From the sequence record NC_049950.1: 46,288 bases of DNA; one strand, given 5' to 3'. How positions within the stretch are numbered: position 1 is the stretch's first letter; the number at the start of each line of letters is the position of its first letter. The stretch is from Escherichia phage 2H10. Position numbers and translations under genes: made by a program. Below the pieces are notes generated by a model, which saw nothing but the letters and a program-made list of their open reading frames with translations, ran no database searches and was not told where the DNA came from. Shown here in pieces: positions 1 through 14,158 of this stretch.

Positions 1-351
1 GTATAGAACATCAAGTGTCTCTGGAAGCATTCAGGGCAATTGAGGCAGCGTTGGTGAAGCACGATAAGAATTCGAAGGATTATTCCCTGGTGGTTGACTG
101 ATCACCATAACTGCTAACCATTCAAACTATTTCACCTGTGACAGAGTCAATATCGCATTCTGTCACTGTCAGGCTAATACAGAACTACAATTCAACTACT
201 GCAATGCCTCGTAATTAGGTGAATTTACAATATCGTCCTGTTCGGATGCCAACTGCATTTCTGAGGATAAGGCGTTTATGACTCACATATTTGTCCCACA
301 CGCTCGCCAGTCCTGTGCGGGGTGGGAGGGGAGGTAAAGAAACCGGGATAT

Positions 352-546
352 TCATTCTTCATCACTTTTGATTGATGTATATGCTCTCTTTTCTGACGTT
401 AGTCTCCGACGGCAGGCTTCAATGACCCAGGCTGAGAAATTCCCGGACCCTTTTTGATCAAGAGCGATGTTAATTTGTTCAATCATTTGGTTAGGAAAGC
501 GGATGTTGCGGGTTGTTGTTCTGCGGGTTCTGTTCTTCGTTGACAT
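352..546 (-). CDS. small hypothetical protein, ribbon-helix-helix-like, in lambda right-end region
   Basis: 64-aa ORF in track; basic N-terminus followed by pattern RFPNQMIEQINIAL...GNFSAWVIEA reminiscent of Arc/CopG RHH DNA-binding fold; surrounding DNA reads like the lambda right end just upstream of cos. Confidence 0.45.
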   Translation of the reverse strand: MSTKNRTRRTTTRNIRFPNQMIEQINIALDQKGSGNFSAWVIEACRRRLTSEKRAYTSIKSDEE

Positions 547-745
547 GAGGTTGTCCCGTATTCAGCGTCGCTGATTTGTATTGTCTGAAGTTGTTTTTAC
601 GTTAAGTTGATGCAGATCAATTAATACGATACCTGCGTCATAATTGATTATTTGACGTGGTTTGATGGCGTAGATGCACGTTGTGACATGTAGATGATAA
701 TTATTATCATTTTGCGGGTCCTTTCCGGCGATCCGACAGGTTACG

Positions 746-757
746 GGGCGGCGACCT
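746..757 (+). other. cosN cohesive-end site (12-nt GGGCGGCGACCT) of lambda-type cos; cosB and Nu1-binding region follows up to the nu1 start
   Basis: Sequence ...gatccgacaggttacg|gggcggcgacct|cgcgggttttcgctatttatgaaaattttccgg matches the lambda right end joined to the lambda left end; terminase small subunit gene starts about 180 nt downstream. Confidence 0.85.
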
Positions 758-934
758 CGCGGGTTTTCGCTATTTATGAAAATTTTCCGGTTTAAGGTGT
801 TTCCGTTCTTCTTCGTCGTAACTTAATGTTTTTATTTAAAATACCCCCTGAAAAGAAAGGAAACGACAGGTGCTGAAAACGGGCTTTTTGGCCTTTGTCG
901 TTTCCTTTCTCTGTTTTTGTCCGTGGAATGAACA

Positions 935-1454
935 ATGGAAGTCAACAAAAAGCAGCTGGCTGACATTTTCGGTGCGAGTATCCGTACCATTCAGAACTGG
1001 CAGGAACAGGGAATGCCCGTTCTGCGAGGCGGTGGCAAGGGTAATGAGGTGCTTTATGACTCTGCCGCCGTTATAAAATGGTATGCCGAAAGGGATGCTG
1101 AAATTGAGAACGAAAAGCTGCGCCGGGAAGTTGAAGAACTGCGGCAGGCCAGCGAGACAGATCTCCAGCCAGGGACTATTGAGTACGAACGCCATCGACT
1201 TACGCGTGCGCAGGCCGACGCACAGGAACTGAAGAATGCCAGAGACTCAGCTGAAGTGGTGGAAACCGCATTCTGTACTTTCGTGCTGTCGCGGATCGCA
1301 GGTGAAATTGCCAGTATTCTCGACGGGATCCCCCTGTCGGTGCAGCGGCGTTTTCCGGAACTGGAAAACCGACATGTTGATTTCCTGAAACGGGATATCA
1401 TCAAAGCCATGAACAAAGCAGCCGCGCTGGATGAACTGATACCGGGGTTGCTGA

Positions 1455-1480
<26 letters not shown>
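935..1480 (+). CDS. nu1: terminase small subunit Nu1
   Basis: 181-aa product MEVNKKQLADIFGASIRTIQNWQEQGMPVLRGGG... recognised as near-identical to lambda Nu1; position immediately after cos. Confidence 0.97.
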
Positions 1481-5161
<3,681 letters not shown>

Positions 5162-5181
<20 letters not shown>

Positions 5182-6481
5182 TCTCCCGCATATTGCCAGC
5201 ATGGCTTTTAATGAGCCGCTGATGCTTGAACCCGCCTATGCGCGGGTTTTCTTTTGTGCGCTTGCAGGCCAGCTTGGGATCAGCCGCCTGACGGATGCAG
5301 TATCCGGCGACAGCCTGACTGCCGGAGAGGCACCCGCGGCGCTGGCGTTATCCGGTGATGATGACGGACCACGACAGGCCCGCAGTTATCAGGTCATGAA
5401 CGGCATCGCCGTGCTGCCGGTGTCCGGTACGCTGGTCAGCCGGACGCGGGCGCTGCAGCCGTATTCGGGAATGACCGGTTACAACGGCATTATCGCCCGT
5501 CTGCAACAGGCTGCCAGCGATCCGATGGTGGACGGCATTCTGCTGGATATGGACACACCGGGCGGGATGGTGGCGGGAGCATTTGACTGTGCTGACATCA
5601 TCGCCCGTGTGCGAGACATAAAACCGGTATGGGCGCTGGCCAACGACATGAACTGCAGTGCAGGTCAGCTGCTTGCCAGCGCCGCCTCCCGGCGTCTGGT
5701 CACGCAGACCGCCCGGACAGGCTCCATCGGCGTCATGATGGCTCACAGTAATTACGGTGCTGCGCTGGAGAAACAGGGCGTGGAAATCACGCTGATTTAC
5801 AGCGGCAGCCATAAGGTGGATGGCAACCCCTACAGCCATCTACCGGATGATGTCCGGGAAACACTGCAGTCCCGGATGGATGCAACCCGCCGGATGTTTG
5901 CACAGAAGGTGTCGGCATATACCGGCCTGTCCGTGCAGGCTGTGCTGGATACCGAGGCTGCAGTGTACAGCGGTCAGGAGGCCATTGATGCCGGACTGGC
6001 TGATGAACTTGTTAACAGTACCGATGCGATCACCGTCATGCGTGATGCACTGGATGCACGTAAATCCCGTCTCTCAGGAGGGCGAATGACCAAAGAGACT
6101 CAATCAACAACTGTTTCAGCCACTGCTTCGCAGGCTGACGTTACTGGCGTGGTGCAAGCGACGGAGGGCGAGAACGCCAGCGCTGCGCAGCCGGACGTGA
6201 ACGCGCAGATCACCGCAGCGGTTGCGGCAGAAAACAGTCGCATTATGGGGATCCTCAACTGTGAGGAGGCTCACGGACGCGAAGAACAGGCACGCGTGCT
6301 GGCCGAAACCCCCGGTATGACCGTGGAAACGGCCCGCCGTATTCTGGCTGCAGCACCACAGAGTGCACAGGCGCGCAGTGACACTGCGCTGGATCGTCTG
6401 ATGCAGGGGGCACCGGCACCGCTGGCTGCAGGTAACCCGGCATCTGATGCCGTTAACGATTTGCTGAACACACCAGTGTAA
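5162..6481 (+). CDS. C: head maturation protease / minor capsid protein C
   Basis: Track ORF 5027-6481 contains lambda gpC sequence starting at VTAELRNLPHIASMAF; GTG at 5162 overlaps B 3-prime end as in lambda; upstream in-frame extension judged non-coding. Confidence 0.92.
5876..6481 (+). CDS. nu3: scaffolding protein Nu3 (in-frame internal start within C)
   Basis: ATG at 5876 in the C frame gives MDATRRMFAQKVSAYTGLSVQAV..., the expected 201-codon C-terminal nested product known from lambda. Confidence 0.8.
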   Translation: MDATRRMFAQKVSAYTGLSVQAVLDTEAAVYSGQEAIDAGLADELVNSTDAITVMRDALDARKSRLSGGRMTKETQSTTVSATASQADVTGVVQATEGENASAAQPDVNAQITAAVAAENSRIMGILNCEEAHGREEQARVLAETPGMTVETARRILAAAPQSAQARSDTALDRLMQGAPAPLAAGNPASDAVNDLLNTPV

Positions 6482-6490
6482 GGGATGTTT

Positions 6491-6823
6491 ATGACGAGCA
6501 AAGAAACCTTTACCCATTACCAGCCGCTGGGCAACAGTGACCCGGCTCATACCGCAACCGCGCCCGGCGGATTGAGTGCGAAAGCGCCTGCAATGACCCC
6601 GCTGATGCTGAACACCTCCACCCGTAAGCTGGTTGCGTGGGATGGCACCACCGACGGTGCTGCCGTTGGCATTCTTGCGGTTGCTGCTGACCAGACCAGC
6701 ACCACACTGACGTTCTACAAGTCCGGCACGTTCCGTTATGAGGATGTGCTCTGGCCGGAGGCTGCCAGCGACGAGACGAAAAAACGGACCGCGTTTGCCG
6801 GAACGGCAATCAGCATCGTTTAA
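6491..6823 (+). CDS. D: capsid decoration protein D
   Basis: Product [27 protein letters not shown]... recognised as lambda gpD; true start is third codon of the track ORF. Confidence 0.96.
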   Translation: MTSKETFTHYQPLGNSDPAHTATAPGGLSAKAPAMTPLMLNTSTRKLVAWDGTTDGAAVGILAVAADQTSTTLTFYKSGTFRYEDVLWPEAASDETKKRTAFAGTAISIV

Positions 6824-6844
6824 CCTTACCCTTCATCACTAAAG

Positions 6845-6865
6845 GCCGCCTGTGCGGCTTTTTTT
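6845..6865 (+). terminator. GC hairpin plus T-run between D and E (attenuator/terminator-like)
   Basis: ggccgcc-tgt-gcggc followed by ttttttt directly seen between D stop and E start. Confidence 0.4.
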
Positions 6866-6878
6866 ACGGGATTTTTTT

Positions 6879-7904
6879 ATGTCGATGTACACAACCGCCC
6901 AGCTGCTGGCGGCAAATGAGAAGAAATTTAAGTTTGATCCGCTGTTTCTGCGTCTCTTTTTCCGTGAGAGCTATCCCTTCACCACGGAGAAAGTCTATCT
7001 CTCACAAATTCCGGGACTGGTAAACATGGCGCTGTACGTTTCGCCGATTGTTTCCGGTGAGGTTATCCGCTCCCGTGGCGGCTCCACCTCTGAATTTACA
7101 CCGGGATATGTCAAGCCGAAGCATGAGGTGAATCCGCAGATGACCCTGCGTCGCCTGCCGGATGAAGATCCGCAGAATCTGGCGGACCCGGCTTACCGCC
7201 GCCGTCGCATCATCATGCAGAACATGCGAGACGAAGAGCTGGCCATTGCTCAGGTCGAAGAGATGCAGGCAGTTTCTGCCGTGCTTAAGGGCAAATACAC
7301 CATGACCGGTGAAGCCTTCGATCCGGTTGAAGTGGATATGGGCCGCAGTGCGGCGAACAACATCACACAGTCCGGCGGCACGGAGTGGAGCAAGCGTGAC
7401 AAGTCCACGTATGACCCGACCGACGATATCGAAGCCTACGCGCTGAACGCCAGCGGTGTGGTGAATATCATCGTGTTCGATCCGAAAGGCTGGGCGCTGT
7501 TCCGTTCCTTCAAAGCCGTCAGGGAGAAGCTGGATACCCGTCGCGGCTCTCATTCCGAGCTGGAGACAGCGGTAAAAGACCTGGGCGAAGCGGTGTCCTA
7601 TAAGGGGATGTATGGCGATGTGGCGATCGTCGTGTATTCCGGACAGTACGTGGAAAACGACGTCAAAAAGAACTTCCTGCCGGACAACACGATGGTGCTG
7701 GGGAACACTCAGGCACGCGGTCTGCGCACCTATGGCTGCATTCAGGATGCGGACGCACAGCGCGAAGGCATTAACGCCTCTGCCCGCTACCCGAAAAACT
7801 GGGTGACCACCGGCGATCCGGCGCGTGAGTTCACCATGATTCAGTCAGCACCGCTGATGCTGCTGGCTGACCCTGATGCGTTCGTGTCCGTACAACTGGC
7901 GTAA
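6879..7904 (+). CDS. E: major capsid protein E
   Basis: Product MSMYTTAQLLAANEKKFKFDPLFLRLFFRESYPFTTEKVYLSQIPGLVNMALYV... recognised as lambda gpE; ATG at 6879 within track ORF 6852-7904. Confidence 0.97.
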   Translation: MSMYTTAQLLAANEKKFKFDPLFLRLFFRESYPFTTEKVYLSQIPGLVNMALYVSPIVSGEVIRSRGGSTSEFTPGYVKPKHEVNPQMTLRRLPDEDPQNLADPAYRRRRIIMQNMRDEELAIAQVEEMQAVSAVLKGKYTMTGEAFDPVEVDMGRSAANNITQSGGTEWSKRDKSTYDPTDDIEAYALNASGVVNIIVFDPKGWALFRSFKAVREKLDTRRGSHSELETAVKDLGEAVSYKGMYGDVAIVVYSGQYVENDVKKNFLPDNTMVLGNTQARGLRTYGCIQDADAQREGINASARYPKNWVTTGDPAREFTMIQSAPLMLLADPDAFVSVQLA

Positions 7905-7945
7905 TCGTGGCCCTTCGGGGCCATTTTCTCTCTGTGGAGGAGTCC

Positions 7946-8341
7946 ATGACGAAAGATGAACTGATTGCCCGTCTCCGGTCGCTGGGTGAGCAACTGAACC
8001 GTGATGTCAGCCTGACGGGGACGAAAGAAGAACTGGCGCTCCGTGTGGCAGAGCTGGAAGAAGAGCTTGATGACACGGATGACGCTGCCGGTCAGGATAC
8101 CCCTCTCAGACCGGAAAATGCGATGACCGGACATGAAAATGAGGTGGTATCAGCACAGACGGATACCGTGACTGATACGGCTGCTCTGGTCACGGTTGTG
8201 GCACTGGTGACGCTGCATACCGATGCACTTCACGCCACGCGGGATGAACCTGTGGCATTTGTGCTGCCGGGAACGGCGTTTCGTGTCTCTGCCGGTGTGG
8301 CAGCCGAAATGACAGAACGTGGCCTGGCCAGAATGCAATAA
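7946..8341 (+). CDS. FI: DNA packaging protein FI
   Basis: Product MTKDELIARLRSLGEQLNRDVSLTGTKEELALRVAELEEELDD... recognised as lambda FI; GGAGG 6 nt upstream of ATG 7946. Confidence 0.95.
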   Translation: MTKDELIARLRSLGEQLNRDVSLTGTKEELALRVAELEEELDDTDDAAGQDTPLRPENAMTGHENEVVSAQTDTVTDTAALVTVVALVTLHTDALHATRDEPVAFVLPGTAFRVSAGVAAEMTERGLARMQ

Positions 8342-8352
8342 CGGGAGGCGCT

Positions 8353-8706
8353 GTGGCTGATTTTGATAACCTGTTCGATGCTGCCATTGCCCGCGCCGAT
8401 GAAACGATACGCGGGTACATGGGAACGTCAGCCACCATGACATCCGGTGAGCAGTCCGGCGCAGTAATACGTGGTGTTTTTGATGACCCTGAAAATATCA
8501 GCTATGCCGGACAGGGCGTACGCGTTGAAGGCTCCAGCCCGTCCCTGTTTGTCCGGACTGATGATGTGCGGCAACTGCGGCGTGGAGACACGCTGACCAT
8601 CGGTGAGGAAAACTTCTGGATAGACCGGGTTTCGCCGGATGATGGTGGAAGCTGTCATCTCTGGCTTGGGCGGGGCGTACCGCCTGCCGTTAACCGTCGC
8701 CGCTGA
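8353..8706 (+). CDS. FII: head-tail connector protein FII
   Basis: 117-aa product MADFDNLFDAAIARADETIRGYMGTSAT... recognised as lambda FII; GTG start with GGGAGG upstream. Confidence 0.95.
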   Translation: MADFDNLFDAAIARADETIRGYMGTSATMTSGEQSGAVIRGVFDDPENISYAGQGVRVEGSSPSLFVRTDDVRQLRRGDTLTIGEENFWIDRVSPDDGGSCHLWLGRGVPPAVNRRR

Positions 8707-8717
8707 AAGGGGGATGT

Positions 8718-9296
8718 ATGGCCATAAAAGGTCTTGAGCAGGCCGTTGAAAACCTCAGCCGTATCAGCAAAACGGCGGTGCCTGGTGCCGCCGCAATGGC
8801 CATTAACCGCGTTGCTTCATCCGCGATATCGCAGTCGGCGTCACAGGTTGCCCGTGAGACAAAGGTACGCCGGAAACTGGTAAAGGAAAGGGCCTGGCTG
8901 AAAAGGGCCACGGTCAAAAATCCGCAGGCCAGAATCAAAGTTAACCGGGGGGATTTGCCCCTAATCAAGCTGGGTAATGCGCGGGTTGTCCTTTCGCGCC
9001 GCAGGCGTCGTAAAAAGGGGCAGCGTTCATCCCTGAAAGGTGGCGGCAGCGTGCTTGTGGTGGGAAACCGTCGTATTCCCGGCGCGTTTATTCAGCAACT
9101 GAAAAATGGCCGCTGGCATGTTATGCAGCGTGTGGCCGGGAAAAATCGTTACCCCATTGATGTGGTGAAAATTCCGATGGCGGTGCCGCTGACCACGGCG
9201 TTTAAACAGAATATTGAGCGGATACGGCGTGAGCGTCTTCCGAAAGAGCTGGGCTATGCGCTGCAGCATCAACTGAGGATGGTAATAAAGCGATGA
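8718..9296 (+). CDS. Z: tail completion protein Z
   Basis: 192-aa product MAIKGLEQAVENLSRISKTAVPGAAAMAINRVASS... recognised as lambda gpZ. Confidence 0.95.
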   Translation: MAIKGLEQAVENLSRISKTAVPGAAAMAINRVASSAISQSASQVARETKVRRKLVKERAWLKRATVKNPQARIKVNRGDLPLIKLGNARVVLSRRRRRKKGQRSSLKGGGSVLVVGNRRIPGAFIQQLKNGRWHVMQRVAGKNRYPIDVVKIPMAVPLTTAFKQNIERIRRERLPKELGYALQHQLRMVIKR

Positions 9297-9688
9297 AACA
9301 TACTGAACTCCGTGCAGCCGTACTGGATGCACTGGAGAAGCATGACACCGGGGCGACGTTTTTTGATGGTCGCCCCGCTGTTTTTGATGAGGCGGATTTT
9401 CCGGCAGTTGCCGTTTATCTCACCGGCGCTGAATACACGGGCGAAGAGCTGGACAGCGATACCTGGCAGGCGGAGCTGCATATCGAAGTTTTCCTGCCTG
9501 CTCAGGTGCCGGATTCAGAGCTGGATGCGTGGATGGAGTCCCGGATTTATCCGGTGATGAGCGATATCCCGGCACTATCAGATTTGATCACCAGTATGGT
9601 GGCCAGTGGCTATGACTACCGGCGCGACGATGATGCGGGCCTGTGGAGTTCAGCCGATCTGACGTATGTCATTACCTATGAAATGTGA
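9293..9688 (+). CDS. U: tail terminator protein U
   Basis: 131-aa product [48 protein letters not shown]... recognised as lambda gpU. Confidence 0.96.
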   Translation: MKHTELRAAVLDALEKHDTGATFFDGRPAVFDEADFPAVAVYLTGAEYTGEELDSDTWQAELHIEVFLPAQVPDSELDAWMESRIYPVMSDIPALSDLITSMVASGYDYRRDDDAGLWSSADLTYVITYEM

Positions 9689-9695
9689 GGACGAT

Positions 9696-10436
9696 ATGCC
9701 TGTACCAAATCCAGCAATACCGGTGAAAGGTGCCGGAACCACCCTGTGGGTTTATAACGGGAGCGGCGACCCTTATGCGAACCCGCTTTCAGACGTTGAC
9801 TGGTCGCGTCTGGCTAAAGTTAAAGACCTGACGCCCGGCGAACTGACCGCTGAGTCCTATGACGACAGTTATCTCGATGATGAAGATGCGGACTGGACCG
9901 CGACCGGGCAGGGGCAGAAATCCGCCGGAGATACCAGCTTCACGCTGGCGTGGATGCCCGGAGAGCAGGGGCAGCAGGCGCTGCTGGCGTGGTTTAATGA
10001 AGGTGATACCCGTGCCTATAAAATCCGCTTCCCGAACGGCACGGTCGATGTGTTCCGTGGCTGGGTGAGCAGTATCGGTAAGGCGGTGACGGCGAAGGAA
10101 GTGATCACCCGTACGGTGAAGGTCACCAATGTGGGCCGTCCGTCAATGGCAGAAGATCGCAGTACGGTGACGGCGGCAACCGGTATGACTGTGACGCCTG
10201 CCAGCTCCTCGGTGGTGAAAGGGCAGAGCACCACGCTGACCGTGGCATTCCAGCCGGAGGGCGCAACTGACAAGAGCTTCCGTGCGGTGTCAGCGGATAA
10301 AACAAAAGCCACCGTGTCGGTCAGTGGTATGACCATCACCGTGAAAGGCGTTGCTGCAGGTAAGGTCAACATTCCGGTTGTATCCGGTAATGGTGAACTT
10401 GCTGCGGTTGCAGAAATCACTGTCACCGACAGTTAA
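9696..10436 (+). CDS. V: major tail tube protein V (with C-terminal Ig-like domain)
   Basis: Product [36 protein letters not shown]... recognised as lambda gpV; ATG 9696 preceded by GAGG. Confidence 0.96.
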   Translation: MPVPNPAIPVKGAGTTLWVYNGSGDPYANPLSDVDWSRLAKVKDLTPGELTAESYDDSYLDDEDADWTATGQGQKSAGDTSFTLAWMPGEQGQQALLAWFNEGDTRAYKIRFPNGTVDVFRGWVSSIGKAVTAKEVITRTVKVTNVGRPSMAEDRSTVTAATGMTVTPASSSVVKGQSTTLTVAFQPEGATDKSFRAVSADKTKATVSVSGMTITVKGVAAGKVNIPVVSGNGELAAVAEITVTDS

Positions 10437-10451
10437 TCCGGAGAGTCAGCG

Positions 10452-10874
10452 ATGTTCCTGAAAACCGAATCATTTGAACATAACGGCGTGACCGTCACGC
10501 TTTCTGAACTGTCAGCCCTGCAGCGTATTGAGCATCTCGCCCTGATGAAACGGCAGGCAGAACAGGCGGAGTCAGACAGCAACCGGAAGTTTACTGTGGA
10601 AGACGCCATCAGAACCGGCGCGTTTCTGGTGGCGATGTCCCTGTGGCATAACCATCCGCAGAAGACGCAGATGCCGTCCATGAATGAAGCCGTTAAACAG
10701 ATTGAGCAGGAAGTGCTTACCACCTGGCCCACGGAGGCAATTTCTCATGCTGAAAACGTGGTGTACCGGCTGTCTGGTATGTATGAGTTTGTGGTGAATA
10801 ATGCCCCTGAACAGACAGAGGACGCCGGGCCCGCAGAGCCTGTTTCTGCGGGAAAGTGTTCGACGGTGAGCTGA
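10452..10874 (+). CDS. G: tail assembly chaperone G
   Basis: 140-aa product MFLKTESFEHNGVTVTLSELSALQRIEHLALMKRQAEQ... recognised as lambda gpG. Confidence 0.96.
   Translation: MFLKTESFEHNGVTVTLSELSALQRIEHLALMKRQAEQAESDSNRKFTVEDAIRTGAFLVAMSLWHNHPQKTQMPSMNEAVKQIEQEVLTTWPTEAISHAENVVYRLSGMYEFVVNNAPEQTEDAGPAEPVSAGKCSTVS
10850..10856 (+). promoter_or_regulatory. programmed -1 ribosomal frameshift slippery heptamer GGGAAAG (G to G-T fusion)
   Basis: G GGA AAG in the G zero frame near the 3-prime end of G; the -1 frame continues into the T ORF ending at 11290, exactly the lambda G-T arrangement. Confidence 0.85.
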
Positions 10875-11290
10875 GTTTTGCCCTGAAACTGGCGCGTGAG
10901 ATGGGGCGACCCGACTGGCGTGCCATGCTTGCCGGGATGTCATCCACGGAGTATGCCGACTGGCACCGCTTTTACAGTACCCATTATTTTCATGATGTTC
11001 TGCTGGATATGCACTTTTCCGGGCTGACGTACACCGTGCTCAGCCTGTTTTTCAGCGATCCGGATATGCATCCGCTGGATTTCAGTCTGCTGAACCGGCG
11101 CGAGGCTGACGAAGAGCCTGAAGATGATGTGCTGATGCAGAAAGCGGCAGGGCTTGCCGGAGGCGTCCGCTTTGGCCCGGACGGGAATGAAGTTATCCCC
11201 GCTTCCCCGGATGTGGCGGACATGACGGAGGATGACGTAATGCTGATGACAGTATCAGAAGGGATCGCAGGAGGAGTCCGGTATGGCTGA
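10856..11290 (+). CDS. T: T-frame portion of tail assembly chaperone G-T (expressed only as the -1 frameshift fusion with G)
   Basis: Track ORF in -1 frame relative to G translating VFDGELSFALKLAREMGRPDWRAMLAGMSSTEYADWHRFY..., recognised as lambda gpT; no independent start expected. Confidence 0.88.
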   Translation: MFDGELSFALKLAREMGRPDWRAMLAGMSSTEYADWHRFYSTHYFHDVLLDMHFSGLTYTVLSLFFSDPDMHPLDFSLLNRREADEEPEDDVLMQKAAGLAGGVRFGPDGNEVIPASPDVADMTEDDVMLMTVSEGIAGGVRYG

Positions 11291-13832
11291 ACCGGTAGGC
11301 GATCTGGTCGTTGATTTGAGTCTGGATGCGGCCAGATTTGACGAGCAGATGGCCAGAGTCAGGCGTCATTTTTCCGGTACGGAAAGTGATGCGAAAAAAA
11401 CAGCGGCAGTCGTTGAACAGTCGCTGAGCCGACAGGCGCTGGCTGCACAGAAAGCGGGGATTTCCGTCGGGCAGTATAAAGCCGCCATGCGTATGCTGCC
11501 TGCACAGTTCACCGACGTGGCCACGCAGCTTGCAGGCGGGCAAAGTCCGTGGCTGATCCTGCTGCAACAGGGGGGGCAGGTGAAGGACTCCTTCGGCGGG
11601 ATGATCCCCATGTTCAGGGGGCTTGCCGGTGCGATCAACCTGCCGATGGTGGGGGCCACCTCGCTGGCGGTGGCGACCGGTGCGCTGGCGTATGCCTGGT
11701 ATCAGGGCAACTCAACCCTGTCCGATTTCAACAAAACGCTGGTCCTTTCCGGCAATCAGGCGGGACTGACGGCAGATCGTATGCTGGTCCTGTCCAGAGC
11801 CGGGCAGGCGGCAGGGCTGACGTTTAACCAGACCAGCGAGTCACTCAGCGCACTGGTTAAGGCGGGAGTAAGCGGTGAGGCTCAGATTGCATCCATCAGC
11901 CAGAGTGTGGCGCGTTTCTCCTCTGCATCCGGCGTGGAGGTGGACAAGGTCGCTGAAGCCTTCGGGAAGCTGACCACAGACCCGACGTCAGGGCTGACAG
12001 CGATGGCACGCCAGTTCCATAACGTGACGGCGGAGCAGATTGCGTATGTTGCTCAGTTGCAGCGTTCCGGCGATGAAGCCGGGGCATTGCAGGCGGCGAA
12101 CGAGGCCGCGACGAAAGGGTTTGATGACCAGACCCGCCGCCTGAAAGAGAACATGGGTACGCTGGAGACCTGGGCAGACAGGACAGCACGGGCATTCAAA
12201 TCCATGTGGGATGCGGTGCTGGATATTGGTCGTCCTGATACCGCTCAGGAGATGCTGATTAAGGCAGAGGCTGCGTTTAAGAAAGCGGACGACATCTGGA
12301 ATCTGCGCAAGGATGATTATTTTGTTAACGATGAAGCGCGGGCGCGTTACTGGGATGATCGTGAAAAGGCCCGTCTTGCGCTTGAAGCCGCCCGAAAGAA
12401 GGCTGAACAGCAGAGTCAACAGGACAAAAATGCGCAGCAGCAGAGCGATACCGAAGCATCACGGCTGAAATATACCGAAGAGGCGCAGAAGGCTTACGAA
12501 CGGCTGCAGACACCGCTGGAGAAATATACCGCCCGTCAGGAAGAACTGAACAAGGCACTGAAAGACGGGAAAATCCTGCAGGCAGATTACAACACGCTGA
12601 TGGCGGCGGCGAAAAAGGATTATGAAGCGACGCTGAAAAAGCCGAAACAGTCCGGCGTGAAGGTGTCTGCGGGCGATCGTCAGGAAGACAGTGCTCATGC
12701 TGCCCTGCTGACGCTTCAGGCAGAACTCCGGACGCTGGAGAAGCATGCCGGAGCGAATGAGAAAATCAGCCAGCAGCGCCGGGATTTGTGGAAGGCGGAA
12801 AATCAGTTCGCGGTACTGGAGGAGGCGGCACAACGTCGCCAGCTATCCGCACAGGAGAAATCCCTGCTGGCGCATAAAGATGAGACGCTGGAGTACAAAC
12901 GCCAGCTGGCTGTACTTGGCGATAAGGTCACGTATCAGGAGCACCTGAACGCGCTGGCGCAGCAGGCGGATAAGTTCGCACAGCAACAACGGGCAAAACG
13001 GGCAGCCATTGAGGCGAAAAACCGGGGGCTTACTGACCGGCAGGCAGCGCGGGACGCCACGGAACAGCGTCTGAAGGAGCAGTATGGCGATAATCCGCTG
13101 GCGCTGAATAACGTCATGTCAGAGCAGAAAAAGACCTGGGCAGCTGAAGACCTGCTTCGCGGGAGCTGGATGGCTGGCCTCAAGTCCGGCTGGAGTGAGT
13201 GGGAAGAGAGCGCCACGGACAGTATGTCGCAGGTAAAAAGTGCAGCCACGCAGACCTTTGATGGTATTGCACAGAATATGGCGGCGATGCTGACCGGCAG
13301 TGAACAGAACTGGCGCAGCTTCACCCGTTCCGTGCTGTCCATGATGACAGAAATTCTGCTTAAGCAGGCAATGGTGGGGATTGTCGGGAGTATCGGCAGC
13401 GCCATTGGCGGCGGCGCATCAGCGTCAGGCGGTACAGCCATTCAGGCAGCTGCGGCGAAATTCCATTTTGCGGCCGGAGGGTTTACGGGAACCGGCGGCA
13501 AATATGAGCCAGCGGGGATTGTTCACCGTGGTGAATTTGTCTTCACGAAGGAGGCAACCAGCCGGATTGGCGTAGGAAATCTTTACCGGCTGATGCGCGG
13601 CTATGCCACCGGCGGTTATGTCGGTACACCGGGCAGCATGGCGGACAGCCGGTCGCAGGCGTCCGGGACGTTTGAGCAGAATAACCATGTGGTGATTAAC
13701 AACGACGGCACGAACGGTCAGATAGGGCCACAGGCACTGAAGGCGGTTTATGACGTAGCCCGTAAGGCGGCAATGGATGTTGTGACCGGGCAGATGCGCG
13801 ATGGTGGTCTGTTCTCCGGAGGTGGACGATGA
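11283..13832 (+). CDS. H: tail tape measure protein H
   Basis: 849-aa product MAEPVGDLVVDLSLDAARFDEQMARVRRHF... recognised as lambda gpH, a few residues shorter than lambda. Confidence 0.96.
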   Translation: MAEPVGDLVVDLSLDAARFDEQMARVRRHFSGTESDAKKTAAVVEQSLSRQALAAQKAGISVGQYKAAMRMLPAQFTDVATQLAGGQSPWLILLQQGGQVKDSFGGMIPMFRGLAGAINLPMVGATSLAVATGALAYAWYQGNSTLSDFNKTLVLSGNQAGLTADRMLVLSRAGQAAGLTFNQTSESLSALVKAGVSGEAQIASISQSVARFSSASGVEVDKVAEAFGKLTTDPTSGLTAMARQFHNVTAEQIAYVAQLQRSGDEAGALQAANEAATKGFDDQTRRLKENMGTLETWADRTARAFKSMWDAVLDIGRPDTAQEMLIKAEAAFKKADDIWNLRKDDYFVNDEARARYWDDREKARLALEAARKKAEQQSQQDKNAQQQSDTEASRLKYTEEAQKAYERLQTPLEKYTARQEELNKALKDGKILQADYNTLMAAAKKDYEATLKKPKQSGVKVSAGDRQEDSAHAALLTLQAELRTLEKHAGANEKISQQRRDLWKAENQFAVLEEAAQRRQLSAQEKSLLAHKDETLEYKRQLAVLGDKVTYQEHLNALAQQADKFAQQQRAKRAAIEAKNRGLTDRQAARDATEQRLKEQYGDNPLALNNVMSEQKKTWAAEDLLRGSWMAGLKSGWSEWEESATDSMSQVKSAATQTFDGIAQNMAAMLTGSEQNWRSFTRSVLSMMTEILLKQAMVGIVGSIGSAIGGGASASGGTAIQAAAAKFHFAAGGFTGTGGKYEPAGIVHRGEFVFTKEATSRIGVGNLYRLMRGYATGGYVGTPGSMADSRSQASGTFEQNNHVVINNDGTNGQIGPQALKAVYDVARKAAMDVVTGQMRDGGLFSGGGR

Positions 13833-14158
13833 AAACCTTCCGCTGGAAAGTGAAACCCGGTATGGATGTGGCTTCGGCCCCTTCCGTAAGAAAGGTGCGC
13901 TTTGGTGATGGCTATTCCCAGCGAGCGCCTGCCGGGCTGAATGCCGACCTGAAAACGTACAGCGTGACGCTTTCTGTTCCCCGTTGGGAGGCCACGGCGC
14001 TTGAGTCGTTTCTGGCTGAGCACGGGGGCTGGAAATCCTTTCTGTGGACGCCGCCTTATGAGTGGCGGCAGATAAAGGTGACCTGCGCAAAATGGTCGTC
14101 GCGGGTCAGTATGCTGCGTGTTGAGTTCAGCGCAGAGTTTGAACAGGTGGTGAACTGA
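13829..14158 (+). CDS. M: tail tip protein M
   Basis: 109-aa product MKTFRWKVKPGMDVASAPSVRKVRFGDGYSQRAPAG... recognised as lambda gpM. Confidence 0.96.
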   Translation: MKTFRWKVKPGMDVASAPSVRKVRFGDGYSQRAPAGLNADLKTYSVTLSVPRWEATALESFLAEHGGWKSFLWTPPYEWRQIKVTCAKWSSRVSMLRVEFSAEFEQVVN

